A stretch of DNA of 64,000 nucleotides. Origin: Candidatus Marinacidobacterales bacterium (lineage in GTDB: Bacteria; Acidobacteriota; Vicinamibacteria; Marinacidobacterales; SMYC01). A program made the translations under genes and the position numbers. The stretch lies in contig CBDCYI010000011.1 in assembly GCA_965224085.1 (NCBI GenBank), forward strand, positions 160,001 through 224,000. Direction: 5' to 3'. The notes beneath the pieces were generated by a model, which saw only the letters and a list, made by a program, of their open reading frames with translations, was not told the DNA's origin and ran no database searches. How positions within the stretch are numbered: position 1 is the first letter of the stretch; the number at the start of each line of letters is the position of its first letter. Shown piece after piece: positions 31,455-40,960 of this stretch.

Positions 31455-32178
31455 AAACAGAAAATTGCCCCGGGCGGGAGTGATCCCGTCCAGCAAACCG
31501 GCTCAAATCGGTGAAACCCTAGCGGCGCTTTAGCAGGTGCGCCGCGGGCAATACCGAGGGTAAGATCGCAGCGATCCAAATTGGGTCGCGGCTTTCCCCG
31601 TAACGACTCAGGGATTGAGACCCCTGGATGGTTTCTTCCTCGGAAGACTCCATAATACGCCGGCCCTGGTCCTTTTCTGGTGAATGTCGATTCCTACATC
31701 TCCGGATTCGTAGATGGAGAACGCTGCTTTTTGCGTGTCGTTCCAGCCCAGTCGGAGACATCGACTTGGTTGGGAAGCGCGTCCGAGCTTCTCGGTCAGC
31801 CAGAATGGTGACCGAGCCGAACTCCTATACGAGATTCAACAACGCTGGGGGTGTGGTTTCATTCGACCCGATCGGTCGGACAAGACTCTCAAATACGAGG
31901 TGCGGAACATTCACGACTTGGTGGAGAAAGTTCTCCCCCATTTCGAGTCGTTCCCGCTCTTGTCATCGAAACAAACCGACATAACGCTGTTTCGCGAGAT
32001 TTGCTTCATGATTCACAACGGCGAACACAAAACGGCGGGGGGTTTCGAGAAGATCGTGAAAGCCGCGATGAAAATGAATTCATCAGGGAAGCGGAAGTAT
32101 TCCGGCAGTGAGATACTCAGTTCACTGGCGACTAGGTGAAGGTATAGTCTACGCCACGGGAAACCGTGGAATCACGTG
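31455..32178 (+). ncRNA. Group I intron at 23S position 1951, 724 nt, carrying a homing endonuclease gene
   Basis: Splits GTCGGGT|AAGTTCC; terminal G; P7-like gtaacgact...gtatagtct around the ORF. Confidence 0.93.
31680..32139 (+). pseudogene. Single-motif LAGLIDADG homing endonuclease with a +1 frameshift near 31730
   Basis: VNVDSYISGFVDGERCF then CVSF...PSFSVSQ...GCG.I...PHFESFPLLSSK in the next frame. Confidence 0.85.
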
Positions 32179-32278
32179 AAGTTCCGACCTGCACGAATGG
32201 CGCAACGATCTGGGCGCTGTCTCGACGAGAGACACTGCGAATTTGTAGTACCGGTGAAGATGCCGGTTACCCGCGACA

Positions 32279-32309
<31 letters not shown>

Positions 32310-32459
32310 CCCTAGCAGTGAATTTTGGTGCGTTGTGCGCAGGATAGGTGGGAGGCTTTGAACCTAGAGCTCTGGCTTTGGGGGAGCCAATGGTGAGATA
32401 CCACCCTCATCGTTCTGAAATTCTAACCTAGGCCCGTTATCCGGGTCAGGGACACTGTT

Positions 32460-32491
<32 letters not shown>

Positions 32492-32645
32492 CAAAATGTA
32501 ACGGAGGCGCCCGAAGGTTCGCTCAGGCTGATTGGAAACCAGCCGTGGAGTGTAAAGGCACAAGCGAGCTTGACTGCGAGACTTACTAGTCGAGCAGGTG
32601 GGAAACCAGGGCTTAGTGATCCGGCGGTTCCGTATGGAAGGGCCG

Positions 32646-32684
<39 letters not shown>

Positions 32685-32715
32685 TATCGCGCCCAAGAGT
32701 TCATATCGACGGCGC

Positions 32716-32751
<36 letters not shown>

Positions 32752-32765
32752 AGCTGTAGCAGGTT

Positions 32766-32797
<32 letters not shown>

Positions 32798-33271
32798 TAC
32801 GTGAGCTGGGTTTAGAACGTCGTGAGACAGTTCGGTCCCTATCTGTCGTGGGCGTAGGAGATTTGAGGAGAGCTGGCCTTAGTACGAGAGGACCGGGCTG
32901 GACGAACCTCTGGTTTACGAGTTGTTCCGCCAGGAGCACCGCTCGGTAGTTACGTTCGGAAGGGATAAGCGCTGAAAGCATATAAGCGCGAAGCCCACTC
33001 CAAGATGAGATCTCCCGGACCATAAGGTCCCTGAAGGCCCCTGGAAGACTACCAGGTTGATAGGCCCGGTGTGTAAGGCGAGTTAATCGCTTCAGCTAAC
33101 GGGTACTAATCGGCCGTGAGGCTTGACCATAAAATTTACTAAGGGCAAAGTTTCGCTCGCATCGCATTTAAACTCAGTGCAATGGTTGCTACCCGCCGTC
33201 GCTGCCTTCGGCAGCTATGGCGAGGTTCTCGCCAAGGCTACTTGCCGCGGCGAGAAGATATTCTAAAGGGT

Positions 33272-33391
<120 letters not shown>

Positions 33392-33428
33392 TATAACTCA
33401 AACGCCCGACTTCCTCGGAAGGGGGATG

Positions 33429-35321
33429 GTCGAGTAGCTCAGCCATTCGGCTTTCGCCCTCACAGATCCGAGCGTGCGGCTTTCCCGCACTCGGCTCCTC
33501 CTGAAGGTATACCCGAAATCAGACAAGGCAAGGTAGTCGGGACGGAGTGAGGTGAGGGACTGGTAGGGGAAAGCGCTCCAACAACAAGTGAAAACGAGGC
33601 CAGGTCATTCGGCGCTGACTCCGCCGACGAAGGCTTCGAAACCACAACCGTGTCACCTCCTCAGAAAAGGATTGGAGAGAGCGGATGTTGCTGGGAAGTC
33701 CGTAGTACGCGTAGTGACCGCGCAGCACCTGGCAAAGCCAGCGATGCTGGACGGCGACTGGAGCATGCATACGTTGCTTCGCGCGAAGCCGTAGCGACTT
33801 GAGTTTGGCTCGTAGCCGCTGGCTCTGCGTTTTGCGCTTCACGACGAAACGGCCATCGCGGGTTCTCCCACAATAATGAGTGAAACCCAGGAAAGCGAAC
33901 GTCGCACACCGCCGAAGGCCCCGTTGCTCGCGTGACAAGGAAGGTAATCTCCCGAACTCGAGCAAACGGGTCTTGTTCTCGTGGAGCGCAAGCCCGAATC
34001 GGGCTAGTCGCTCCTTGAGCGCTCTCATCATCCTGCTGGCATCGGTCCGATGCTGGAAGCCCATGACGAAGTCGTCAGCGTATCGCACGATGGAAATACG
34101 GCCTTGTGCTTCGAGCCGGCGCCATCGATGAACCCACAGATCTAGAACGTAGTGCAGAAAGACGTTAGCCAAGAGCGGGCTCACACCTGCCCCTTGCGGT
34201 GTCCCTTCAGTTGTCTCGCTCCACTCTCCTTTCTCCAGTACGCCGGCTCGCAACCACTGACGGATGAGTCGAAGGATGCGTTTGTCGGCGACCCGGTGCG
34301 AAAGCATCCGCATCAACCACTCGTGGTCCACCGAGTCGAAGAACTTGCGGATGTCCGCGTCGAGAACCCAGTTCACGCGTTGCGTCATGAGCGCGGTGTG
34401 GAGCGCGTGCAACGCTTGGTGCGGGCTCCGTCCGGGCCGAAACCCGTACGAGAACCCGATGAAATCGACTTCGTAGACGGCGCTCAAAACCTCGGCTACC
34501 GCTCCTTGGACAATCTTGTCTTCCAGTGCGGGGATGCCAAGAGGGCGCTTTCCGCCATCCGACTTAGGAATGTACACGCGCCGCACCGGTAGTGGTCGGT
34601 AGCGACCGGCGTGTACCCGCGAGCAAAGATCCTTGATGTTGCTCACGAAGTTCTTCTCGTAATCGGCGACAGTCTCTCCGTCGACACCAGCGCTTGCGCT
34701 GCGCTTCAACCGACGAAACGCTCGATAGAGCGCTTCGTGATCCACGTGATGCAGCAACGCAGTGAACCGAGCCTTTCTATCTCGCTTCGCTGCTTCGTTC
34801 ACCCGCGTGAGATTTGGCGGTAAGGCGACCCGGCGCTGTGTCCGGACCTTAGCCCTCTCCCGTGGGTTCCCTCCAGGCCGATCCCTTCCCTCCACCATCT
34901 CGTTGCCTTCGATAGCTTCCTCAGTACTATGAATCGGTCCGACTTCCGGCCTCAGCTCAGCACCGCGCTTCGGTTTTCCCTTGCGCGACGCCCCCATCGG
35001 TGACCATTCCGATGGACCCGGCCGGACCTCCTGGGTCCCGAAAGGAACTCTTCGTACGTGATGTGGTCCACGACCCCGGCGGAGCGTAACCATCTCGCGA
35101 TAGCGATGGCCCACATGCTGCCTTCATTGACGGGAATCAACTCGGCCTTCCGCGATATTCAGCATTTCGAGGCTACATTCACACACCCTGCACGACCCCT
35201 GTCTACGCTTCGGACCCCGCGTTGCCACGACGCCCGCAAGACTCGGTCCCGACCTGTCCGCTACGACTTTTGGTCGGATTGGACTTCCACCCATAGGCTC
35301 CTTTCAGTTAGCCCAGCGCAC
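33429..35321 (-). mobile_element. Group II intron (about 1893 nt)
   Basis: Minus strand starts GTGCG at 35321; domain V gagccgagtgcgggaaagccgcacgctcggatc (33497-33465); ends CTCGAC at 33429. Confidence 0.92.
33519..35114 (-). CDS. ltrA: Group II intron reverse transcriptase/maturase without En domain (true start probably downstream)
   Basis: RFTALLHH, RRVYIPK, RPLGIP, DIRKFFD, GTPQG, RYADD, FLGF. Confidence 0.93.
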   Translation of the reverse strand: MGHRYREMVTLRRGRGPHHVRRVPFGTQEVRPGPSEWSPMGASRKGKPKRGAELRPEVGPIHSTEEAIEGNEMVEGRDRPGGNPRERAKVRTQRRVALPPNLTRVNEAAKRDRKARFTALLHHVDHEALYRAFRRLKRSASAGVDGETVADYEKNFVSNIKDLCSRVHAGRYRPLPVRRVYIPKSDGGKRPLGIPALEDKIVQGAVAEVLSAVYEVDFIGFSYGFRPGRSPHQALHALHTALMTQRVNWVLDADIRKFFDSVDHEWLMRMLSHRVADKRILRLIRQWLRAGVLEKGEWSETTEGTPQGAGVSPLLANVFLHYVLDLWVHRWRRLEAQGRISIVRYADDFVMGFQHRTDASRMMRALKERLARFGLALHENKTRLLEFGRLPSLSREQRGLRRCATFAFLGFTHYCGRTRDGRFVVKRKTQSQRLRAKLKSLRLRAKQRMHAPVAVQHRWLCQVLRGHYAYYGLPSNIRSLQSFSEEVTRLWFRSLRRRSQRRMTWPRFHLLLERFPLPVPHLTPSRLPCLV

Positions 35322-35340
35322 TCCCGCCGGATGTTGAACC

Positions 35341-35590
35341 CGGGAATTATAAGAAACGATTGACAAGGCACCCGTGATCGTGTATTCTACGATCATGATG
35401 ACGCGATACAACTCCCCAGGGCGAGGGCACCGGGAAGGCATAACCGTTGTTCAGCTCATGGACATGTTCCCGACCGATGAAGCGGCAACCAAATGGTTCG
35501 AGGCTGCAATCTGGCATGGCACTCGGTGCTGCGGACATTGCGGTAGCCTCAGCACCAGCGAAGTCCCGAACGAAAAGCCGATGCCCTTGC
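35341..35590 (+). mobile_element. Left end of an IS1595-family element with its promoter and transposase N-terminus
   Basis: cgggaattata end; TTGACA-N17-TATTCT (35360-35388); PG..HREGI...L..MFP.D..A.KWFE...W...CGHCGS zinc ribbon. Confidence 0.7.
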
Positions 35591-36090
35591 ACGATGCCCC
35601 GGTCGGCACCGTTATCGCCGAGGCCGAGCGCTCGGCGGAGGTGACGCATGCGCATCCGGAGGCACGGTGCGGCGCCGCGGCGACCGCGTTAGCCGCGCGG
35701 TTGGCCGCAAGGAGTCGAGACGTGCCGTGCCCCGGTTCCGACCCTCTCTTCGCTCTGGTTGGTGCGCCGCTCGACGCCACCTTGCGCGTGGCGAGAGGCC
35801 TGGCGGAAGCGCAGCAACTCGGCCCCGGTGCTAGCCTGGAGGACGCGGTGGCGGCGCTCGGCAATGGATCGAAAGTCAGCTGCCCGGACACCGTTCCGCT
35901 CGCGCTCTGGATTGCGTTTCGCCATTTGGACGATTTCGAGCTCGCCGTGCGGCACGCGTTAGCGGCTGGCGGGGACACGGATACGGTGGCGGCCATCGTC
36001 GGCGGTGTCGTCGCCTCGCGAGTCGGGCTCGACGGGATTCCTGCCGCGTGGCGAAAGAGGGTGGAGCCGGTTCCTACGCAGCTGGGCTAG
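35590..36090 (+). pseudogene. C-terminal half of an ADP-ribosylglycohydrolase, fused in frame to the IS1595 fragment
   Basis: SAEVTHAHPE, LGNGS.VS.PDTVP.ALW, GGDTDT.AAIVG. Confidence 0.8.
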
Positions 36091-36573
36091 ATAGACCATC
36101 GCGTTTCGTCTTCGTCTACATGACGGAGGTAGAACGACGTTATGGCTCAGGAGAGCGTGGCGCACCGCGTACGGTCGACGAGTACCCGCAGATGGTCGAG
36201 GTGGGAGTCTCTCGGAGGAAGAACGGGTGGAGCTCATCGGCGGGTGGTGCGTGCGTTGAGCACGAAGAGCCTGGCTCACTCTCTCACGACCCTCGGAGCC
36301 TACGATCTCTTTCGTGAAGCGCTGGTGGATCGCGCGGGCATCTACATGGAGACGGCACTTCGTTTGGAGGCTACGACCCATCCGACCGGGTCTCCGCCGT
36401 CATTCATGACGGAGTACTCGGCGCGCTGTTCCCAGTCGGTGAGGTTCTCCCCCCAGTGGCCGTGCTGCTCGATGAAGTTCATTGGCCCAATTCTGTCAGT
36501 CACCAGCTCAATCGAGACGGAACCGAGAGCGATAGCAGAACAAGAAACCGCATGTGTCGCATGACGAACACCA

Positions 36574-36900
36574 CTACTTGGGTGGATAGCCGGTCAAGAC
36601 GAAGTCCATGCCCGTGGCGTGGCAGCCGAAGCACAGGGGAAGGCCGTTGCCCGCCCCGACAACGTCACGGCTGTCTTCCGTGTTGGTCGTTTCGTACCAG
36701 AACCAACCCTGCCCCCCGGCGCTGTCCGCTTGGGTTTTGACCATCACCGCCCAGCCGACAAGCTCCGAGCCGTCCGCGCTGTACATTTCCTTCACGATTG
36801 ATGAGCCCGCCGGACGCGAGGCATTCCCTGCCGCGAGAGAGGCGTCGATCTTGGCGTCCAAGTAGACGCGAACCGGCCAGTTGAACTTGGCATGGGGCCC
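36574..36900 (-). pseudogene. Cytochrome P460-family protein, 5'-truncated
   Basis: P.GS.IVKEMY, AVMVK, GWFWYE, CFGCH heme motif. Confidence 0.65.
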
Positions 36901-36926
36901 CGAGACGTGGATAGCAACTTGGAACT

Positions 36927-37270
36927 TTATCGTGGGCGCGGGTTGCGGGGCCGGAACAGATTCTCGCCCGTGGTCTCGTCCATCTTGCTGCCGAGCTCGT
37001 CGAGCTCACCGGCAAGCGCCTTCAGAAAAAACTTGAAGGTCAGGGGACGAAGGACGTCGACGAAATCCTTGCTGGCGAGAAGCGCTTTGAGACGCGATTT
37101 CTGGAGTGCGCTAGAAAGCGTGAACTGCACGCCGTGTAGTGGCAGGCCCTCGAAGCCCTTCTCGCGTGCTCCGGCGCGTCGGCTCCAAACGACGCGAGCC
37201 GCGATCTCGTGCGGCCGGGGCTGCTGGTAGAAGGAGAGCTTGAGCTCGACCGCGCTCCCGTGCGCCAGCA
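36927..37270 (-). pseudogene. PilZ-like domain fragment (paralog of 51995-52428)
   Basis: GSAVELKLSFYQ...ARVVWSR...HGVQF. Confidence 0.6.
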
Positions 37271-37289
37271 CGATCGTGGGCATGACTCC

Positions 37290-37690
37290 CGATGGGGGGC
37301 AGCGCGCACCTGTTTTTCCGTCTCGGTGATCGCAGCAAGTTCGGAACGGAGCGGTTCCGGCAAACCGTCGAGCTCGACATCATCGCCGCAGGTCAGGCCT
37401 TCTTCTAAACACCGGGCGCTGAACTCTGCGGATCGGCTGTCCACGAGCACCAGGCCAGCGACTTCGCTCGGATGTGTCCTCGCGTAGAGCTCCATGAGCG
37501 TACCGCCGAGGGAGTGGCCGACGAGAACGTAAGGAGGACGACGGCCCGTGGATTGGAGCACCTGGCGGAGCTCGTCCACCATGCGAGCGCCGTCCCGGGG
37601 CCGCGGCCCCGGATCGCTACCGCCGTACCCGGCGCGGTCGTAAGCAAAGACGCCCCAAAAGCGCGCGACCTCGGGCAGAACCTGGACCCA
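37290..37690 (-). pseudogene. Alpha/beta hydrolase fragment
   Basis: FAYDRAGYG.S, PPYVLVGHSLGG, VAGLVLVDS. Confidence 0.7.
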
Positions 37691-38184
37691 AAGAGGTGCT
37701 AGCCCGAGTCGGAGCGTCGGAGCGCTCGCTCGATTTGCTGGAGTGGCTCCTCAGCGTTCCGTCGGAAATGTCCGTCCCCTGGATCGCTGCCGATCCATCC
37801 TTCGACTCTCTGCGAGACCACGCTCGCTATCGCGAACTTGCGGCCGCCGGCTGGAGAAGCCCGAATTAGAAAAACGGGATGAGCCCTACGGGCGATGCCG
37901 TTGTGTGCCGAAATTCAGCCGGATCGCCCTCAAAGTAATAATGATAGAAGCCCTAATCCCGTTTGTGAACCCGCTGACGAACTTCCTCAACTAAACGGGA
38001 CAAGATGTTCGGCGGGATTCGTATCCCTCGCCGCGATCTTGCTCGCGCCTGCGCTCCATCGCATGCTGCACAAGCTGCATCTCGAGGAGACGAAGGACGC
38101 ACAATAACTCCTTTGGAGGAGGTTTCATTCGTGCGGCTTCGCATCGTGAGCGAGGCTTGGGCTATTGGCTGTAGCGTCCGTCCC

Positions 38185-39252
38185 TCAAGGTGCAATCGGG
38201 ACTAGGCTCCACCCGTCGCTCTCGGTGAACTCGCGGGCCGAAAAACACCAGATGACTACGCGCTTGCCTTCCCAGTAATCGGGGTCGCGTTGCGCCCGCC
38301 GGAGCAAGTTGACCCGCGCAGGCGTCGCTCCGGATCCGCGCACCGCCACGAGGTCGACGGCCATGCCGAGCTCGAGCGCGAGTTGATCGGGGAGACCTGA
38401 GCCGGTGGCGTGCATGTCGTCGCCGCTATGGAACACCAAGTTGTGACTGTCACCCAGGAGCAGGATGGGGCTCGCCGGATCAGGCGCGACGGGTCTGGCA
38501 TCGCCGCCCGCGCCTCGAACAACCCGGCGTAGACGGAGCTCCTCGCGGGCAACGCTATCGTCCTCGAGATCTTGGAAAAGATCGCCCGTGATGGTGGTCG
38601 CGTACCACTGGTGAGCGAAATCTTCCGTATCGAGCTCTGCAAACCATGGCCGCTGCCGTACCATGTCGGCTATCGCCTTGGCCACGAGGACACATGCGGT
38701 ACCCGACCAGTGCGTATCCTGGCGGCAGTAGACGGGACCTTCTGGGTGAGACCGATTATCCAGAAGAAATTGGGTGAGGTCCATCACCGTCACGCCTTTG
38801 CTTCGTAGCAGCTCGTAGAACAATTGATGCGCCGGATCGAGCCGAGGCGGCGGGCTCGGCAAGCTCGAGTTCGAGGCGAGCATGTCGGCATAGACGATGC
38901 TCTTGGGCGGCACCGGTACGAGGATGAGCTCCACGCCGATGGTGTCGAGCTGTCTTTTGAAAGCGAGGATGGCCGGCAGCGGATCGGCGTTCTCCGGTTT
39001 GCGCGCGCGGCTGACGCGGGGCGCGTTTTCCCCCCAGAATGGGCCCACCCCGATGTGCCGGAGCTCGGGACCGAAGAACAACCAGCCCTCCCGGCCGCGG
39101 ATGGTGATGGTTTGCGCCCGCTCGGCTTCTGCCGCCAGCGCGGCGTAATCCTCCGTCAACCCAATTTCTGAATCGACCGGCTTTTCCACGGCACAGGCCA
39201 AAAGCCCTGCGAGAGCGACGACGAGAGCAGACCGCGCGGCGGTGATGGGCAT
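38185..39252 (-). CDS. AlgJ/AlgX-like SGNH O-acetyltransferase, probable lipoprotein
   Basis: GREGWLF, VPVPPK, DTHWS, LLGDSH; LLAC lipobox; RBS aggag. Confidence 0.85.
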   Translation of the reverse strand: MPITAARSALVVALAGLLACAVEKPVDSEIGLTEDYAALAAEAERAQTITIRGREGWLFFGPELRHIGVGPFWGENAPRVSRARKPENADPLPAILAFKRQLDTIGVELILVPVPPKSIVYADMLASNSSLPSPPPRLDPAHQLFYELLRSKGVTVMDLTQFLLDNRSHPEGPVYCRQDTHWSGTACVLVAKAIADMVRQRPWFAELDTEDFAHQWYATTITGDLFQDLEDDSVAREELRLRRVVRGAGGDARPVAPDPASPILLLGDSHNLVFHSGDDMHATGSGLPDQLALELGMAVDLVAVRGSGATPARVNLLRRAQRDPDYWEGKRVVIWCFSAREFTESDGWSLVPIAP

Positions 39253-39262
39253 GATGATGCTT

Positions 39263-40954
39263 TCACTCCTGGCCGACAGGTTGGGACTCGGCCCACCACG
39301 GCTGCGCCAAACGGATCGTGTCGTCCTGAAGCTCGGCACGGTTGATGCGCTCGAGCTCATCCGCGACCTCGGACCAGGGGATCATACGGAGGCGAACGGT
39401 CTGGCCCGGCTGAAAGGTCGCGACCGGAGTCAGAACATTGTTCCGCATGCTCCACATATACACGAGGGCGTGATCGCCGGCGGCGATGCCCTCCTCGAGA
39501 ACCACCTCGGCAAGATGTAGAGCCACGATATGATCCTTATAGGGCACCGTGCCGGGACGCGGCGGCAGTGCCAAATCGGCAATGATCCCCCGGACGAAAA
39601 TCTCTTCACCCGCCGGTACGAGGAACGTGGATGTCCCGCTTGGCGCCTCACCCGGGTCGATCAGCTTCCAGTCGCCCCGGGACAGCTCGCGCTCGGCGAA
39701 CTGATAAATGACCACACGCTTGCCCGCGAGACGGTCGCGCCCCCGGCGCAGCTCGTCCGCCAGCGTCTCGCGCGCGGCGAAGGCGCCGTCGTCATTGCGG
39801 GTCAGCCGGTCGATCGGTCGTTCGAGCACATAGCTCAACTGCTCCACCAGCCCCCCACTTTCACCCCATCCCATGACGCCGAGAGAGAACACATTGCTGA
39901 AGCTATCACCGAGAACGAGCACATCCGCCGAGCCGTCAGCGCGCCACGATTCACCCGACGACGTCATGATGGATCGAATCTCCACACGCTCCGGTGGATA
40001 GGCGGTGCCCGTGCCCGATAGGTCGAGGAGCTCGGCGATATCGCCCGTGTTCGACACCTCGGTTTCCACCACTTCGTAGCCCGGGGATTCCACGTTCGGC
40101 AGATCGAACTGGTCGGAGACAAAGACGCCGAGCTGTCGGGCGATCACTTGCATCGTTTCTGGTCGCCAGTGCGTGTCGGTGGCCAGGTAAAGGGGCGTGC
40201 GGCTCCGGCGCTTCAACTCGAGCATCACCGGGGCGGGGTCGAATACGAGCACACCCGCCTCTCGGAGCTCGCTCAAGAAGCCCTGGCGCGATGGGTTGTC
40301 GATCCAATCGTTGGGGCTCGCGAGGCGTGAGAGTTGCTCAGGATGAACGGACGGTTTGACCGGGGTGGGGACGACAATCAGCTCGATATCCCGCAGAGCG
40401 AGCTCTTCCGCGAAGGTCAGGATGGCCGATCGTGGATCGGGCTGGGGCGGCGCGGTGATGGTGTCGCCGAGCGCGGCGCGGCGGGCGAGCTGGCGCTCGC
40501 TGAGAAAACCCGGTCCTGTCACATGGTCCACATCCGGCTTGAAGAACAGCCAGCCAGCCCTTCCCTGCCACACCTGCTCTGTACCGGCGCCGACCGCCGT
40601 AAGGAGGTTCTGTGCGCGGGGCCGGATGGCCTTGGCCAGCCAGTTCTCATGCTCCAGCCGATCGCTCCATTGGTTGATCCGCGCGAGTAGCCGTCGGTTG
40701 GCGGTGAAGAGTCCTCGCGTCGTTTGGCGCTTGTCGTTCGTCGGTGCGTTTGGGCTCGTCGTTATCGACGGCGAGGTGGCCAACAGGCCGGAGCCTATTT
40801 GTGCCAGCGGCCCGCCAGAGATCATTGCGAGGAATACAACCAGCAAGACGTAGGCCGTTGCCGGGCTCACCGCAGTTTGGCCGACCTCGGTCCGCGCGAG
40901 GGCCACCCGTTCGAGCTGATCGGGCGAGATCCTTCGGCGCTCTTCTGGTCTCAT
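39263..40954 (-). CDS. AlgJ/AlgX-like SGNH O-acetyltransferase with an extra C-terminal domain
   Basis: GRAGWLFF, VPTPVK, TDTHW, TGDI, VLGDSFS, VVIYQFAER. Confidence 0.85.
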   Translation of the reverse strand: MRPEERRRISPDQLERVALARTEVGQTAVSPATAYVLLVVFLAMISGGPLAQIGSGLLATSPSITTSPNAPTNDKRQTTRGLFTANRRLLARINQWSDRLEHENWLAKAIRPRAQNLLTAVGAGTEQVWQGRAGWLFFKPDVDHVTGPGFLSERQLARRAALGDTITAPPQPDPRSAILTFAEELALRDIELIVVPTPVKPSVHPEQLSRLASPNDWIDNPSRQGFLSELREAGVLVFDPAPVMLELKRRSRTPLYLATDTHWRPETMQVIARQLGVFVSDQFDLPNVESPGYEVVETEVSNTGDIAELLDLSGTGTAYPPERVEIRSIMTSSGESWRADGSADVLVLGDSFSNVFSLGVMGWGESGGLVEQLSYVLERPIDRLTRNDDGAFAARETLADELRRGRDRLAGKRVVIYQFAERELSRGDWKLIDPGEAPSGTSTFLVPAGEEIFVRGIIADLALPPRPGTVPYKDHIVALHLAEVVLEEGIAAGDHALVYMWSMRNNVLTPVATFQPGQTVRLRMIPWSEVADELERINRAELQDDTIRLAQPWWAESQPVGQE

Positions 40955-40960
40955 GCCGCT

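Noticed and set aside
33519-35114. Retron or defence-associated RT
   Set aside because: GTGCG 5' end, domains V/VI and a maturase region identify a group II intron
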